A stretch of DNA of 64,000 nucleotides from a virus. This document shows positions 25,918 to 34,894 of the stretch, in pieces. Position numbers and translations under genes: made by a program. The stretch covers positions 1-64,000 of the IMG/VR virus record IMGVR_UViG_3300043607_000039; one strand, given 5' to 3'. Within the stretch, counting starts at the first letter, position 1; every line of letters starts with the position of its first letter. The notes under the pieces are model-generated. The model did not search any database, was not told the DNA's origin, and was given only the letters and a program-made list of their open reading frames with translations.

Positions 25918-27841
25918 GGATGAGACCGTCAGCCTGCAATGTAGACAGAAGGTTCGGCGGGTCGTGGGCGATGCCGCGGGTCAGCAGGATCGTGCAGTAC
26001 TTCGTCAGACTCGTTCGCAGTCGCTCGGTGTCGAAGTCCTCGCTGACGAACTTGGTCATCGCCTCCAACTGGTCCCAGGCACCGTTGAGTAGCCGATTGG
26101 CGTGGGCTGTGTCCTGGACCTGGATCCGGGTGTGCAACTCAAAGGGCGGCACATCGGGCCACCGGTCCCGGTTGTGACGGTCGAGCAGTCGCTTGCCGGC
26201 CAGCTCCAGTCCACGTCGGACGGTAGCTTCGGCCAGGACAACCACGCCCATCTCCTCCAGCCGGCGCGCATTGGCCGAGGCCTGAATGCCGGTGGGCGGG
26301 CCGGTCCCGTTCGTCCCGACCGGGCCCTTGGGCGGCATGCTGGGGTTGTTCTCCGTCATCGGGATCGGCGGCGGTAGCGTCGACTGGATGCCGGTGGGCG
26401 GGGGCGGGGGCGGGGGCGGCCCACTGCCCCCGCCCGGAGAAATGCTTCCGGGGGTCGGGGCGATCATCGTACTTTGTGGGAGTTGGTCCTCGCTGATGCC
26501 GGCCAGTTCGCGAGCGGCCTGGTTCTGGATCAGCTGCGGGTCACGCAGGATGACCTCGCGGATGAAGCGCATGGCGCGCTCCAGGTCCGTGGGCTTGTCG
26601 TTTTCGCTGAAGGAGCCGGCCTCCCGGACCGCCTCGGCCCCGATGATTTCCTTCTCGTAGAGGTTCAGTGCGTCCTGGAGCCTTTGTGGACGGACGACCA
26701 ACGGGTTCACGTCGAACGAGTAGGTGTACTTACTGGGGTCCTTGCCCATCAACTCCAGGGCCGGATACAGGTAGGCCTTGGTCAGAGCGTCACAGATTCG
26801 GTTCATCAACGGTTCGATGTGAACCTTGATGCCCTGACCTTCGATCAGGTAGCCGTTCCAGTGGTTCTCTCCGCCGGTTCCACTGAGGACCTCCGCCGGC
26901 ATATCCATACCGACACCCAGGCGCTCGATGGCTTCCTTGCGTAGCTCGACGGCTTGTTTGCTCAGTTCGGACTCGAACGTGATGAGCTTCCAGCCCTCGG
27001 CGTTGTCAGACTCCACAATGTGTGGCAGTACGCCCAGGGCCGAGCCCTCACCTCGCAGGCTGGCCGCCCCCGCGGTGGCCAGCCTGACCATCAGCGAGTC
27101 GCTCGCGTTGGTGGTGTTTTCCTCGTCTGGCAGGTCGAGGTTGTTCGGGATGATGAGGATGCCGGCGCCGACCAGACGCGAGTCGATCTGGCTGAAGACG
27201 TACTTCGTCAGCTGTTCCAGCTCGCGCAGGATGGCCTGACAGGACCGGGCCGGAGAGTCCGCGCACCAGATCCGTTGAGGGTGCGGCGTCCAGACCCGGG
27301 TAACTACGTTCTTGCTCAGGTCCAACTTGAGCGGGGCCCCGTCGGGCATGCCCCAGGCCCACTCCCACTCGCCGTCGCGACCCTTGATGCGCCTGATCTC
27401 AGTGGAGGACAGGACGTACCACTCGTCCCGGCCGCCGCGGTCATTGGGCCGTCCGACGATGTAGCACTCGCCGGCCACTGTCAGGTTGATGCCCATGGAC
27501 CGCAGGGCCTCGGCCTTTGCTGCCGGGCCACCCAGTAGGGAGTCAGCCAAGGCATTGATCTTGGCGTTCTTGGTCTCGCCCTGCACCCGACCTAACTCAT
27601 CAACCTCGGCCACGAAGATCCGAACCCGAGAGCAGCACTGCCCCACCCAGCGAGACGCGAAACCGAACTCAGGGATCAGGTCGTATAACCGCCACAGCTC
27701 CCGTTGCCACGTCTCATCCCGAAAACGCCAGGAGTTATAGGAAGCATTGTCGAAGTTGGTCCGGATAGCGGACGCGACGAGAGACTTCCTACGAGGAGGC
27801 TCAGGGGCACCGATAGCCGCCTTGCTCCTACCAAATGCCAT
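25910..27841 (-). CDS. Portal protein (Pro-rich C-terminal extension)
   Basis: VWTPHP..ADSP and G.NHW motifs; upstream of MuF. Confidence 0.85.
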   Translation of the reverse strand: MAFGRSKAAIGAPEPPRRKSLVASAIRTNFDNASYNSWRFRDETWQRELWRLYDLIPEFGFASRWVGQCCSRVRIFVAEVDELGRVQGETKNAKINALADSLLGGPAAKAEALRSMGINLTVAGECYIVGRPNDRGGRDEWYVLSSTEIRRIKGRDGEWEWAWGMPDGAPLKLDLSKNVVTRVWTPHPQRIWCADSPARSCQAILRELEQLTKYVFSQIDSRLVGAGILIIPNNLDLPDEENTTNASDSLMVRLATAGAASLRGEGSALGVLPHIVESDNAEGWKLITFESELSKQAVELRKEAIERLGVGMDMPAEVLSGTGGENHWNGYLIEGQGIKVHIEPLMNRICDALTKAYLYPALELMGKDPSKYTYSFDVNPLVVRPQRLQDALNLYEKEIIGAEAVREAGSFSENDKPTDLERAMRFIREVILRDPQLIQNQAARELAGISEDQLPQSTMIAPTPGSISPGGGSGPPPPPPPPTGIQSTLPPPIPMTENNPSMPPKGPVGTNGTGPPTGIQASANARRLEEMGVVVLAEATVRRGLELAGKRLLDRHNRDRWPDVPPFELHTRIQVQDTAHANRLLNGAWDQLEAMTKFVSEDFDTERLRTSLTKYCTILLTRGIAHDPPNLLSTLQADGLIHG

Positions 27842-27844
27842 TGG

Positions 27845-28141
27845 CTACCGCTCCTCCAGCTGCGAAACGAGCCCAGTTACGTAGGACATGGCAAGCCACG
27901 CTGGTATCGCCAACCACCACTGGTGCAGCGGCAGCATCAGCACCGCCCAGATCACGCCAGCCGGAAAAGCGATCCAAATAGAGCTGCACCACGGGCAGTG
28001 CAGCAAGTAGGCGACCTCGGACTCTTCCCCCCACTTGTTCACTACCCAGCGACGCGCGAACAACGTAATACGGTCAGTGGTTACCAGTCTCGTTAAGCGC
28101 GCAACAGCAAGCGCAACAATGACCAGACTGGCCCATACCAT
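27845..28141 (-). CDS. DUF1360-like membrane protein (holin-like)
   Basis: RLTRLVTTD.I and CPWC.S.W motifs, hydrophobic helices; leaderless start 7 nt after TATGAT. Confidence 0.7.
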   Translation of the reverse strand: MVWASLVIVALAVARLTRLVTTDRITLFARRWVVNKWGEESEVAYLLHCPWCSSIWIAFPAGVIWAVLMLPLHQWWLAIPAWLAMSYVTGLVSQLEER

Positions 28142-28271
28142 AGCTGGAATCATAAGGGCAATGATCGTGGGTAAATAGGTTTGCGCTGGTAGCAACTCGC
28201 GCTTATTTACACCCGTATGTTTGGGTGTCATGTGGTAGCGCTGGATAAGCCAAAGACGAGGGACTATCTCT

Positions 28272-28294
28272 ACCCCTACGTAGGGGTGTACCCT
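28272..28294 (+). promoter_or_regulatory. 16-bp palindromic operator-like site plus -10 box
   Basis: ACCCCTACGTAGGGGT then TACCCT, 7 nt before ATG 28302. Confidence 0.65.
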
Positions 28295-28301
28295 GTCGAC
28301 C

Positions 28302-28940
28302 ATGAGGACACGCCCCTGGACCCGGCTGCTCGCCGCCGCGACCATCGCCTTGACGATGACCACGAGCGGCTGTGCCGTGCGGCCACCACCGGAGCCCGAC
28401 CCCGATCCCACCTGTCGCGTCCGCGACACAGGGGACACGGTGGACGAGAAGTACGACCCATTCAGTGGCACCCGGCCGCCAGCCGTGCCCTTCGGCTGGG
28501 GCTGGGTCGTAGTCACTCTGGAGGTGCGGGCGCTCCCGCCCGTCGATTCGGTCGAGCCCCGCTACGACCAGTGCGTCCCGGTGTCGGTGCACGTCTACGG
28601 CACCCAGGAGGGAATCCCGGCGTTGACCATCTTCGCCAACGGCGCCCCGCACCAGCTCCCGTACGACGCGAACATGACCACGCCGTGGGTGGGCACCTAC
28701 TTCGTCCTGGCCTACGACCCGAACAGTCCCCGGTTCTATCAGCGGGCGCCGAAGTACAGCCTGGTCCTCAGGGCCACATACCAGGCCGACCGGGACTTCG
28801 GCGATTCACCTCCCACAGCTCTGTCATGCGCAATTCGGATCGCGGCCGGGTTCCCCGTCAAGGAAGACCTGGTGATCTTGAACAAGTTCGAGAAGGGCTT
28901 CGTCAACTGTTCGTTCGAGGGCAACACCTACACAAACTGA
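28302..28940 (+). CDS. Lipoprotein (paralog family A)
   Basis: Signal peptide with TSGC lipobox; TPW motif and C-terminal Cys pair. Confidence 0.7.
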   Translation: MRTRPWTRLLAAATIALTMTTSGCAVRPPPEPDPDPTCRVRDTGDTVDEKYDPFSGTRPPAVPFGWGWVVVTLEVRALPPVDSVEPRYDQCVPVSVHVYGTQEGIPALTIFANGAPHQLPYDANMTTPWVGTYFVLAYDPNSPRFYQRAPKYSLVLRATYQADRDFGDSPPTALSCAIRIAAGFPVKEDLVILNKFEKGFVNCSFEGNTYTN

Positions 28941-28946
28941 GGTGAA

Positions 28947-29684
28947 GTGATGGAGCAAGCGGACGTGACCGTTCTCCTGTCGGGCATCGTGGGATCCACG
29001 GCCCACGGGCTTGCGGGGCCGGCCTCTGACGTTGACCGGCTGGGCGTATTCGCGGCGCCCACGAAGCAACTACTGGGACTGCACCCGCCGATCGAGAGCA
29101 AGCTCTCGATCGTGCGCAAAGACCCAGACGTCACCCTGCACGAGGCCGGGAAGCTGTGCCGCCTGCTCCTGAAATGCAACCCCTCGGTCATGGAGCTGCT
29201 GTGGCTCCCGGAGGAGCTGTACGAGATCCGGACTCCGGCCGGCGAGGAGCTGCTGGGGATCCGGGACGCGTTTCTGTCCGCTGACCGCGTCCGGGATGCG
29301 TTCTTCAACTACGCCAGGGACCAGTTCACCAAGCTCATCAACGGCGGCCGACTCGGGAGGAAGTTCTCCGACGAGCCACCAGACCCCGATGAAGTTGCCC
29401 AGACCATTAAGCGGCGACGGAAGAACGCCCGCCACGTCCTGCGTCTACTCGACCAGGGACTGCATCTGTACCGGACCGGAGAGCTGATCGTCCGGGTGGA
29501 CGATCCGCAGCGGTACTTCGAGTTCGGCGACCGGGCTCTGGATGACCCGGACTACGTCAAGGAGCACCTGATCGCGGCCGAGCTGGCATTCGACCGTCAG
29601 CCCTCGGTCCTGCCGCCGCGGCCAGAAGAGACCGCGGTCGAGGACTGGTTGCTCGGCATCCGAAATCAGTTCCACGAGGTGTAG
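28947..29684 (+). CDS. Pol-beta-superfamily nucleotidyltransferase (RlaP/YcgL-like)
   Basis: GS.AHG....SD.D and NPSVMELLW motifs. Confidence 0.8.
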   Translation: MMEQADVTVLLSGIVGSTAHGLAGPASDVDRLGVFAAPTKQLLGLHPPIESKLSIVRKDPDVTLHEAGKLCRLLLKCNPSVMELLWLPEELYEIRTPAGEELLGIRDAFLSADRVRDAFFNYARDQFTKLINGGRLGRKFSDEPPDPDEVAQTIKRRRKNARHVLRLLDQGLHLYRTGELIVRVDDPQRYFEFGDRALDDPDYVKEHLIAAELAFDRQPSVLPPRPEETAVEDWLLGIRNQFHEV

Positions 29685-29759
29685 TCACGCCTGGAAGATC
29701 TTCGATCTTACGAATAAGTCTCACCATATTAACGACCACCAAGAAAGAGGGACGGAACT

Positions 29760-30584
29760 ATGCGAGTGCCGCTGAAGCTCTTCACGTTGATCATGGTCGC
29801 GCTACTGGCCATAGGTCTGGCTGGCGCACAGCCGGCCGCCTCGGTTGCCACCTCAGCTGTCGCTCCACCGCCGGCCGCATTGCGCGTCGTAACCCTTGGC
29901 GAGTCCACCAACACCGGCCTGGGTGATCCCAAAGGGTGCGGGTATCGCCGCAAGCTCGCTGAACTGATGAAGACGGCTGCCCCAGGCGGCACCAACCTGC
30001 CGGTTACCTTTACGGGGACGCTCAATGGCAGTGCCCCCAACGATTGCAAGATTCCCTACGGCCACTTTGGACAGACGGTTCAGGACCTCCGGGCCAACGT
30101 CTTGAACTGGCTCGATGCCGACCAGCCCGACGTCATTCTCATCATGGTTGGGATCAATAACTCAGCTGGCGCTGGTGTCGGACTCAACAACTGGCAGTAC
30201 GAGGTGACTCAACTACTCAACACGATCGGCATGTGGCACTACCCGAATGCTCACCAGCAGATCTTCATTGCCACGATTCCCTACTCGGTAGCATCCTGGG
30301 CGCAGAACGAGGTCACGGCCAACGAGGGCATCCTCAACGCGATCAACTCGTTCGCCGGCTATCCCGGGGCGTCGATGATCCACCCTGCGCGAGCCGACTA
30401 CATGCCGTGTGTGCACCTGGCCGACGGGATCCACCCCGACGGGGCCGGCTACGACGTGATCGCCTACCAGTTCTACGCGGCCATGGCCCCTGTCTTCGGG
30501 TTGGAGTCACTGCCGCTGAACTCCATCCACTGGGCAGACCAGCATCGGCCCGGATTCGAGCGGTCGGCGACGGCCTGCACGTGA
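29760..30584 (+). CDS. Secreted SGNH/GDSL hydrolase
   Basis: Signal peptide; GES, GINN and DGIHP blocks. Confidence 0.8.
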   Translation: MRVPLKLFTLIMVALLAIGLAGAQPAASVATSAVAPPPAALRVVTLGESTNTGLGDPKGCGYRRKLAELMKTAAPGGTNLPVTFTGTLNGSAPNDCKIPYGHFGQTVQDLRANVLNWLDADQPDVILIMVGINNSAGAGVGLNNWQYEVTQLLNTIGMWHYPNAHQQIFIATIPYSVASWAQNEVTANEGILNAINSFAGYPGASMIHPARADYMPCVHLADGIHPDGAGYDVIAYQFYAAMAPVFGLESLPLNSIHWADQHRPGFERSATACT

Positions 30585-30677
30585 TCGGCTAGATTCTCAA
30601 GCGCCTGACCTGCGCAAACACTCCTTCGCCCTCACCCGAATGTACGGGTGAGGGCGATGTGTGTTTCGATGGAAGGC

Positions 30678-31973
30678 ATGACCAAGACCCAAACGCAAGA
30701 CGTATGGGCCAAGGCCAAGCCTTGGGTCCTACGCAGCACAGTCGCAGTCATGGTCCTGTTCCTGGCGTTCACCGCGTCCGGGGCATGGGCAACTCCGCCA
30801 CCCCAGCTCGTAGTGAACCCAGGACCCGGAATGTCCTGTGGGCCGCTGACACAGAACGCGAACGGTGACTACGTCGCCACGTGCACGATCACGGGCCTCG
30901 TGACCCCAGGCGCTACGGCATCCCCGTCGCCCAGTGGCTCCCCGAGTCCAAGTCCGACTGGCTCTCCGTCTGCGTCCCCATCGCCGAGCACTAGCTCGCC
31001 AAGTCCGTCACCGAGCAGCAGCAGCTCCCCGAGCCCGAGCCCCACGGTCACGGTGCCGCCTACCTCGCCACCGCCGACTGGACCCACGACCGGCTGCATG
31101 CCAGTGCCTTCACGGTGCGGGTTCCCGGATGCGACCAACACGGGTGTGCCGGCCGGGACCGTCCTGGCCGAACGCATGGGCAAGGTCACGCTGACCACCG
31201 GCCAGAGCCTGATCAACACTCAGGTCATCGGCTGTGTGCAGATCGTCGGGCAGAACGTGACCATCCGCAACGTACGGATCGTCAGCACCTGCTCGTACGC
31301 GGCCATCGACCTGGAGGACAACAACACGACCGGGGCTTTGATCGAGAACGTTGAGATCGACATGCGACTGCTGGCCAACTCGGCCGCATTCACTGGCCGG
31401 CTCAACCAGCGCTCGATCACCGGTGACAACTTCACCGCCCGCAAGGTGTGGTGGCACGGCGGTTCGGACTGCGTGCACTACGGCAGCAACGTTCTCATCG
31501 AGGACAGTTTCTGTGACGTGGCCCTGATTCCGGCCGGCTACCCCGGCGACCCGCACATCGACGGTTTCCAGAGCGCTGGTGGCAACAACGTCACCCTGCG
31601 GCACAACACGATCCGGAACCCGAACAACCAGACGTCGGCCATCATCAACGGCACCACGCCTGGTACGTCTGCACCGCAGACCAACGTGCACATCGTGGGC
31701 AACCTGATGGCGGGCGGCGGTTACACCGTCTACTGCCAGGCCCACCCGGGCCCAGCTCCGGCCACGGTCGAGTTCCGGGACAACCGGATCAGCTTCGACT
31801 ACTACACCTGGCCGATCAACTCCGGCCACCCGTTGACCCGCGGTGGGTTCTGGGGCCCGACCACGGACTGCACCAACGTCCCCGGCTTCTCGACGAACGT
31901 CTGGGACAGCACCGGCCCCCGCAACAACACCAAGCTCCCGTTGGTGGAGAACCCCGGAGTCGGTCAGCTCTAG
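30678..31973 (+). CDS. Secreted right-handed beta-helix protein with Ser/Pro linker
   Basis: Signal peptide, (SP)n linker, FPDATNTGVP, HIDGFQ..NVTLRHNTI. Confidence 0.65.
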   Translation: MTKTQTQDVWAKAKPWVLRSTVAVMVLFLAFTASGAWATPPPQLVVNPGPGMSCGPLTQNANGDYVATCTITGLVTPGATASPSPSGSPSPSPTGSPSASPSPSTSSPSPSPSSSSSPSPSPTVTVPPTSPPPTGPTTGCMPVPSRCGFPDATNTGVPAGTVLAERMGKVTLTTGQSLINTQVIGCVQIVGQNVTIRNVRIVSTCSYAAIDLEDNNTTGALIENVEIDMRLLANSAAFTGRLNQRSITGDNFTARKVWWHGGSDCVHYGSNVLIEDSFCDVALIPAGYPGDPHIDGFQSAGGNNVTLRHNTIRNPNNQTSAIINGTTPGTSAPQTNVHIVGNLMAGGGYTVYCQAHPGPAPATVEFRDNRISFDYYTWPINSGHPLTRGGFWGPTTDCTNVPGFSTNVWDSTGPRNNTKLPLVENPGVGQL

Positions 31974-32099
31974 CAGTTGACCACACCCCCACCTGGGGGT
32001 AACGTACGAGACGGTTCTCCTTCGCATCAGGCGGGACCGGAACGAGCAGGCCCCAGCTCCCCATCGCTGGGGCCTGCTCCTCGTTCGAGGGGGTTGGGC

Positions 32100-32483
32100 G
32101 TGGTCTGGTACATCCTCGACGACAACAACAATCCAGTCCCGGTCTCCGACATCCTCGTCTGGGGCCGATGGTTCGAAGAGGCGAGCGTCAGTCGGCGTCG
32201 GATCGTGGCTTCGGACTTCCTTGGTGCCACCCTGGTATCGACTGTCTTCTTGGGCATCGATCACGGTTTCAGCTGGGAAGCAGGGCCACCCCTCCTGTTC
32301 GAGACGATGATCTTCTATGACCAGGACTACGGCGACGAGATGGGAACCTGGAGGTATTCGACCTGGACCCAGGCGGTCGCCGGCCACGACCAGGCGTTGA
32401 TGGTGGCCAGGGAGCAACTGGCCAAGCTGGCGGCCGTGGTCGACCAGCTCATCACAGAGAGCAACAGTCCGGAAGGAGAGTGA
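32100..32483 (+). CDS. Conserved phage hypothetical protein
   Basis: VSTVFLGIDH..FETMIF..RYSTW..A..GH. Confidence 0.6.
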   Translation: MVWYILDDNNNPVPVSDILVWGRWFEEASVSRRRIVASDFLGATLVSTVFLGIDHGFSWEAGPPLLFETMIFYDQDYGDEMGTWRYSTWTQAVAGHDQALMVAREQLAKLAAVVDQLITESNSPEGE

Positions 32484-32549
32484 TCGACATGCCTAGCACG
32501 CGTTAGTCCACGGCACCGTGCCGTGGCGGCTTAGGGGCAGGTCGCTTAC

Positions 32550-32912
32550 ATGTCCAGGACAGATGTCCACGCACCATGGCGGGTGAAGCAGCGGGATCCG
32601 CTGTGGCGCCACTACTTCCGTGAGGTGCACCGTCATGATGACGGTGTCTGCACGCTCGACCGTTTCCTGGCCGCCACCAGCCGGGTCAGGACTTCCTGCT
32701 ACATCGACTTTGCCTGGCGCGGCCGGCAGATCCACTGTGGCTGCGGCAGTTGCACGGATCAGGACGGCCGTCGGATGAGGCGTCGTCGGGAACGGCACGA
32801 GGTTCGTCAAGCCCTGCTCCTGGGAGACTGGGACAACCTCGATGTGGAGTTGCATCGGGATGCCTGGTGCACGTACAACGTCCAGCCGCGACCCCAGGAT
32901 AGGGATGTGTGA
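32550..32912 (+). CDS. Arg/Cys-rich hypothetical (MSRTD family)
   Basis: N-terminus resembles that of 57854..58264. Confidence 0.55.
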   Translation: MSRTDVHAPWRVKQRDPLWRHYFREVHRHDDGVCTLDRFLAATSRVRTSCYIDFAWRGRQIHCGCGSCTDQDGRRMRRRRERHEVRQALLLGDWDNLDVELHRDAWCTYNVQPRPQDRDV

Positions 32913-33019
32913 TGAAACTGAAGTCGTTCCCGGTCATCTTGACCGTGATCGTCGTTGTCGTCCTCTGCCTGTGCGCCGGCTTCGGGTTTCGCGTAGCCAG
33001 CTGGACCCTGCAAGGGTGA
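32912..33019 (+). CDS. Small single-TM membrane peptide
   Basis: MKLKSFPVILTVIVVVVLCLC..., manual translation. Confidence 0.5.
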   Translation: MKLKSFPVILTVIVVVVLCLCAGFGFRVASWTLQG

Positions 33020-33061
33020 GACTCACGGCTGCTCGGGGAAAAAGATCTTGAGGATTAACCG

Positions 33062-33090
33062 TTGACGCCACCCGGACGTACGGGTACGGT
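33062..33090 (+). promoter_or_regulatory. Promoter of the tRNA array with operator-like site in the spacer
   Basis: TTGACG-17-TACGGT containing ACCCGGACGTACGGGT. Confidence 0.65.
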
Positions 33091-33185
33091 TCTCGTTGTT
33101 CGGTGGTTCGCAACCAGCTAAGAGTCTTGCCCCTCCGGGGGCAAGGCCCTACGCTCAACATCAACCCGTCAGGAAGCCAGGAGCC

Positions 33186-33326
33186 ATGTACCGGAACGCC
33201 TTGTCGACAACGCAGCAGTCGCTGCGCGGCGAAGCGACCCCGGGCAGCGGACGGCGACTGGTCTCCATGTACAAGGCCAACGATTGGTTCTGCCCCCAGG
33301 AGCACATCCACCGGCGGAGCAGCTAG
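33186..33326 (+). CDS. Putative leader peptide (46 aa)
   Basis: AGGAG RBS; followed by a terminator-like hairpin. Confidence 0.4.
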   Translation: MYRNALSTTQQSLRGEATPGSGRRLVSMYKANDWFCPQEHIHRRSS

Positions 33327-33339
33327 GGTCCAGAAACCC

Positions 33340-33380
33340 GAAGCCGCCCACCCAGTGAACCTGGAAGAGGCGGCTTTCTT
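33340..33380 (+). terminator. Terminator-like hairpin before the first tRNA
   Basis: AAGCCGCC...GGCGGCTT followed by TCTT. Confidence 0.5.
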
Positions 33381-33397
33381 CATCTACAAGTCCATAT

Positions 33398-33470
33398 AGG
33401 GGTGTAGCTCAATTGGCTGAGCTGTCGTCTCCAAAGCGACCGGTTGCAGGTTCGAGTCCTGTCACCCCTG
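33398..33470 (+). tRNA. tRNA-Trp(CCA)
   Basis: Cloverleaf; loop CTCCAAA. Confidence 0.9.
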
Positions 33471-33478
33471 CGTGTTAC

Positions 33479-33513
33479 TTCCGGGCAACCGGAGTTACTT
33501 GAGAATTCCACAG
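33479..33513 (+). promoter_or_regulatory. rrn-like boxB-boxA antitermination signal
   Basis: CCGG-GCAA-CCGG hairpin followed by GTTACTTGAGAATTCCACAG. Confidence 0.5.
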
Positions 33514-33574
33514 TGGACAGCATGTGTAGATAGAGTCCTGGCCTGTGCCATCACGGGTGGGCCAGGACTATCTT

Positions 33575-33648
33575 CGGGACGTAGCGCAGTCAGGTCGCGC
33601 GCCTGCTTTGGGAGCAGGAGGACGTCGGTTCGAATCCGACCGTCCCGA
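33575..33648 (+). tRNA. tRNA-Pro(TGG)
   Basis: Loop TTTGGGA. Confidence 0.9.
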
Positions 33649-33653
33649 CGCAT

Positions 33654-33730
33654 GGGGGTATGGCGCAGTTGGTAGCGCGTCTGTCTGTATGGCATACAGA
33701 AGGCCCGCGGTTCGAGTCCGCGTATCTCCA
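33654..33730 (+). tRNA. tRNA-Ala(GGC) with 4-nt TCTG duplication
   Basis: G3:U70; loop ATGGCAT; extra TCTG before the anticodon stem. Confidence 0.7.
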
Positions 33731-33826
33731 CGGGTCGTAGTTCAGGGTAGAGCGCCGCGTAAAGGTGTTAGCCGCAAGGTGCACGGAATGTAGCGGAGGC
33801 GCAGGAATCGAATCCTGCCGACTCCA
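33731..33826 (+). ncRNA. tRNA-like RNA with anticodon loop replaced by a 34-nt insert
   Basis: Acceptor, D and T arms present; CCGC/GCGG stem encloses a GCAA-capped hairpin. Confidence 0.6.
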
Positions 33827-33830
33827 GTCT

Positions 33831-33903
33831 GGGGATGTAGCTCACTTGGTAGAGCGCTGTCTTCGCAAGGCAGAGGCAAGGAGTTCGAATCTCCTCATCT
33901 CCA
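33831..33903 (+). tRNA. tRNA-Ala(CGC)
   Basis: Loop TTCGCAA; G3:U70. Confidence 0.9.
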
Positions 33904-33953
33904 CGTCGGTATGGGAAGCTCCGAGGTGAGCAACCTCGCCTGTGCCGGCTCCA

Positions 33954-34030
33954 TGTTCCCTAGCTCATCGACAGAGCGTCAGTCCTGATACGACTGGAGG
34001 TCCGGGGTTTAATTCCTCGGGGGAGCACCA
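33954..34030 (+). tRNA. Atypical tRNA-Ile(GAT)
   Basis: Loop CTGATAC; T-loop TTTAATT; CCA encoded. Confidence 0.55.
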
Positions 34031-34031
34031 A

Positions 34032-34103
34032 GTCCCTGTAGCTGAGATGGTCTAGCGCTTGGTTGAAGCCCAGGAGACCTCGGTTCAAGTCCGGGCGGGG
34101 ACA
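34032..34103 (+). tRNA. tRNA-Phe(GAA)
   Basis: Loop TTGAAGC. Confidence 0.85.
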
Positions 34104-34109
34104 CGCAAT

Positions 34110-34183
34110 GCGCTGTTGGAGGAATTGGTTAACTCACCGCCCTCTCAAGGCGGAGACTACGGGTTCGAAACCCGTACAGCGTA
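34110..34183 (+). tRNA. tRNA-Glu(CTC)
   Basis: Loop CTCTCAA. Confidence 0.9.
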
Positions 34184-34318
34184 CGAGTAACTGGAGCAGG
34201 ATTTGCCGTAAGGCGATCAATGGAGCGCGCGCAGAAAAAGTGGCCTCTGAAAAAGGGCGTCCTGGTCCGTTGGCCTGCAACAACTAATCCATCCAGGACT
34301 GCTTCAGTTCCTCATCTA

Positions 34319-34389
34319 GCCGGCGAAGTGTTGTGGTGACACCTCTGTCTTCCAAACAGATATGGCGAGTTCGATTCTCGTCGCCGGCT
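34319..34389 (+). tRNA. tRNA-Gly(TCC)
   Basis: Loop CTTCCAA; U73. Confidence 0.9.
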
Positions 34390-34390
34390 C

Positions 34391-34894
34391 GTGTTCCCCA
34401 TTCCCAAGGAAATCGACGAGCTAGACGCTGACAGTCGCATGATGTTTCTGCGTCACGCGGCCATGTATGAGGACATCTCCTGGACCATGATCCGTCATAC
34501 GAACGACCTGCACGCGGTAGTCACCGAGGAGGAAATGAAGGCAGATGCCTTCGCCCACGCAATGTCTAGCGCGGTGAGCGAGGCAGCTCGATGCCTGGAG
34601 CACTCCTTCTACACCCGTCGCCATCGGGAACAGGACGAGGAGGGCCGGTCCGAGAGGATGTCGTGGTTCTCCCGCGGCGAGGCCTGCGGCCAGAACTACG
34701 TGGCCTACCAGGTAATCCGGACCGCTTACGAGATCCTGCGGGCGGAGTACGGCATCCTGGAGAAGCACTCCGAGATCTGGGACAGGATCGAGGCGGACCC
34801 TGAAGTCAAGAAGCGTAACGACTACATGGAAAGCCTGTTCGTGACCCTGCATCCCCCCAGGTCCGTACCTAACTCCTCGGAGGAGAGGGAATGA
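34391..34894 (+). CDS. Hypothetical protein
   Basis: 167-aa ORF coupled to the next gene. Confidence 0.55.
   Translation: MFPIPKEIDELDADSRMMFLRHAAMYEDISWTMIRHTNDLHAVVTEEEMKADAFAHAMSSAVSEAARCLEHSFYTRRHREQDEEGRSERMSWFSRGEACGQNYVAYQVIRTAYEILRAEYGILEKHSEIWDRIEADPEVKKRNDYMESLFVTLHPPRSVPNSSEERE

Noticed and set aside
30920-31080. Short tandem-like DNA repeats
   Set aside because: They simply encode a Ser/Pro linker; the poly-G run at ~26400 likewise encodes poly-Pro in the portal.
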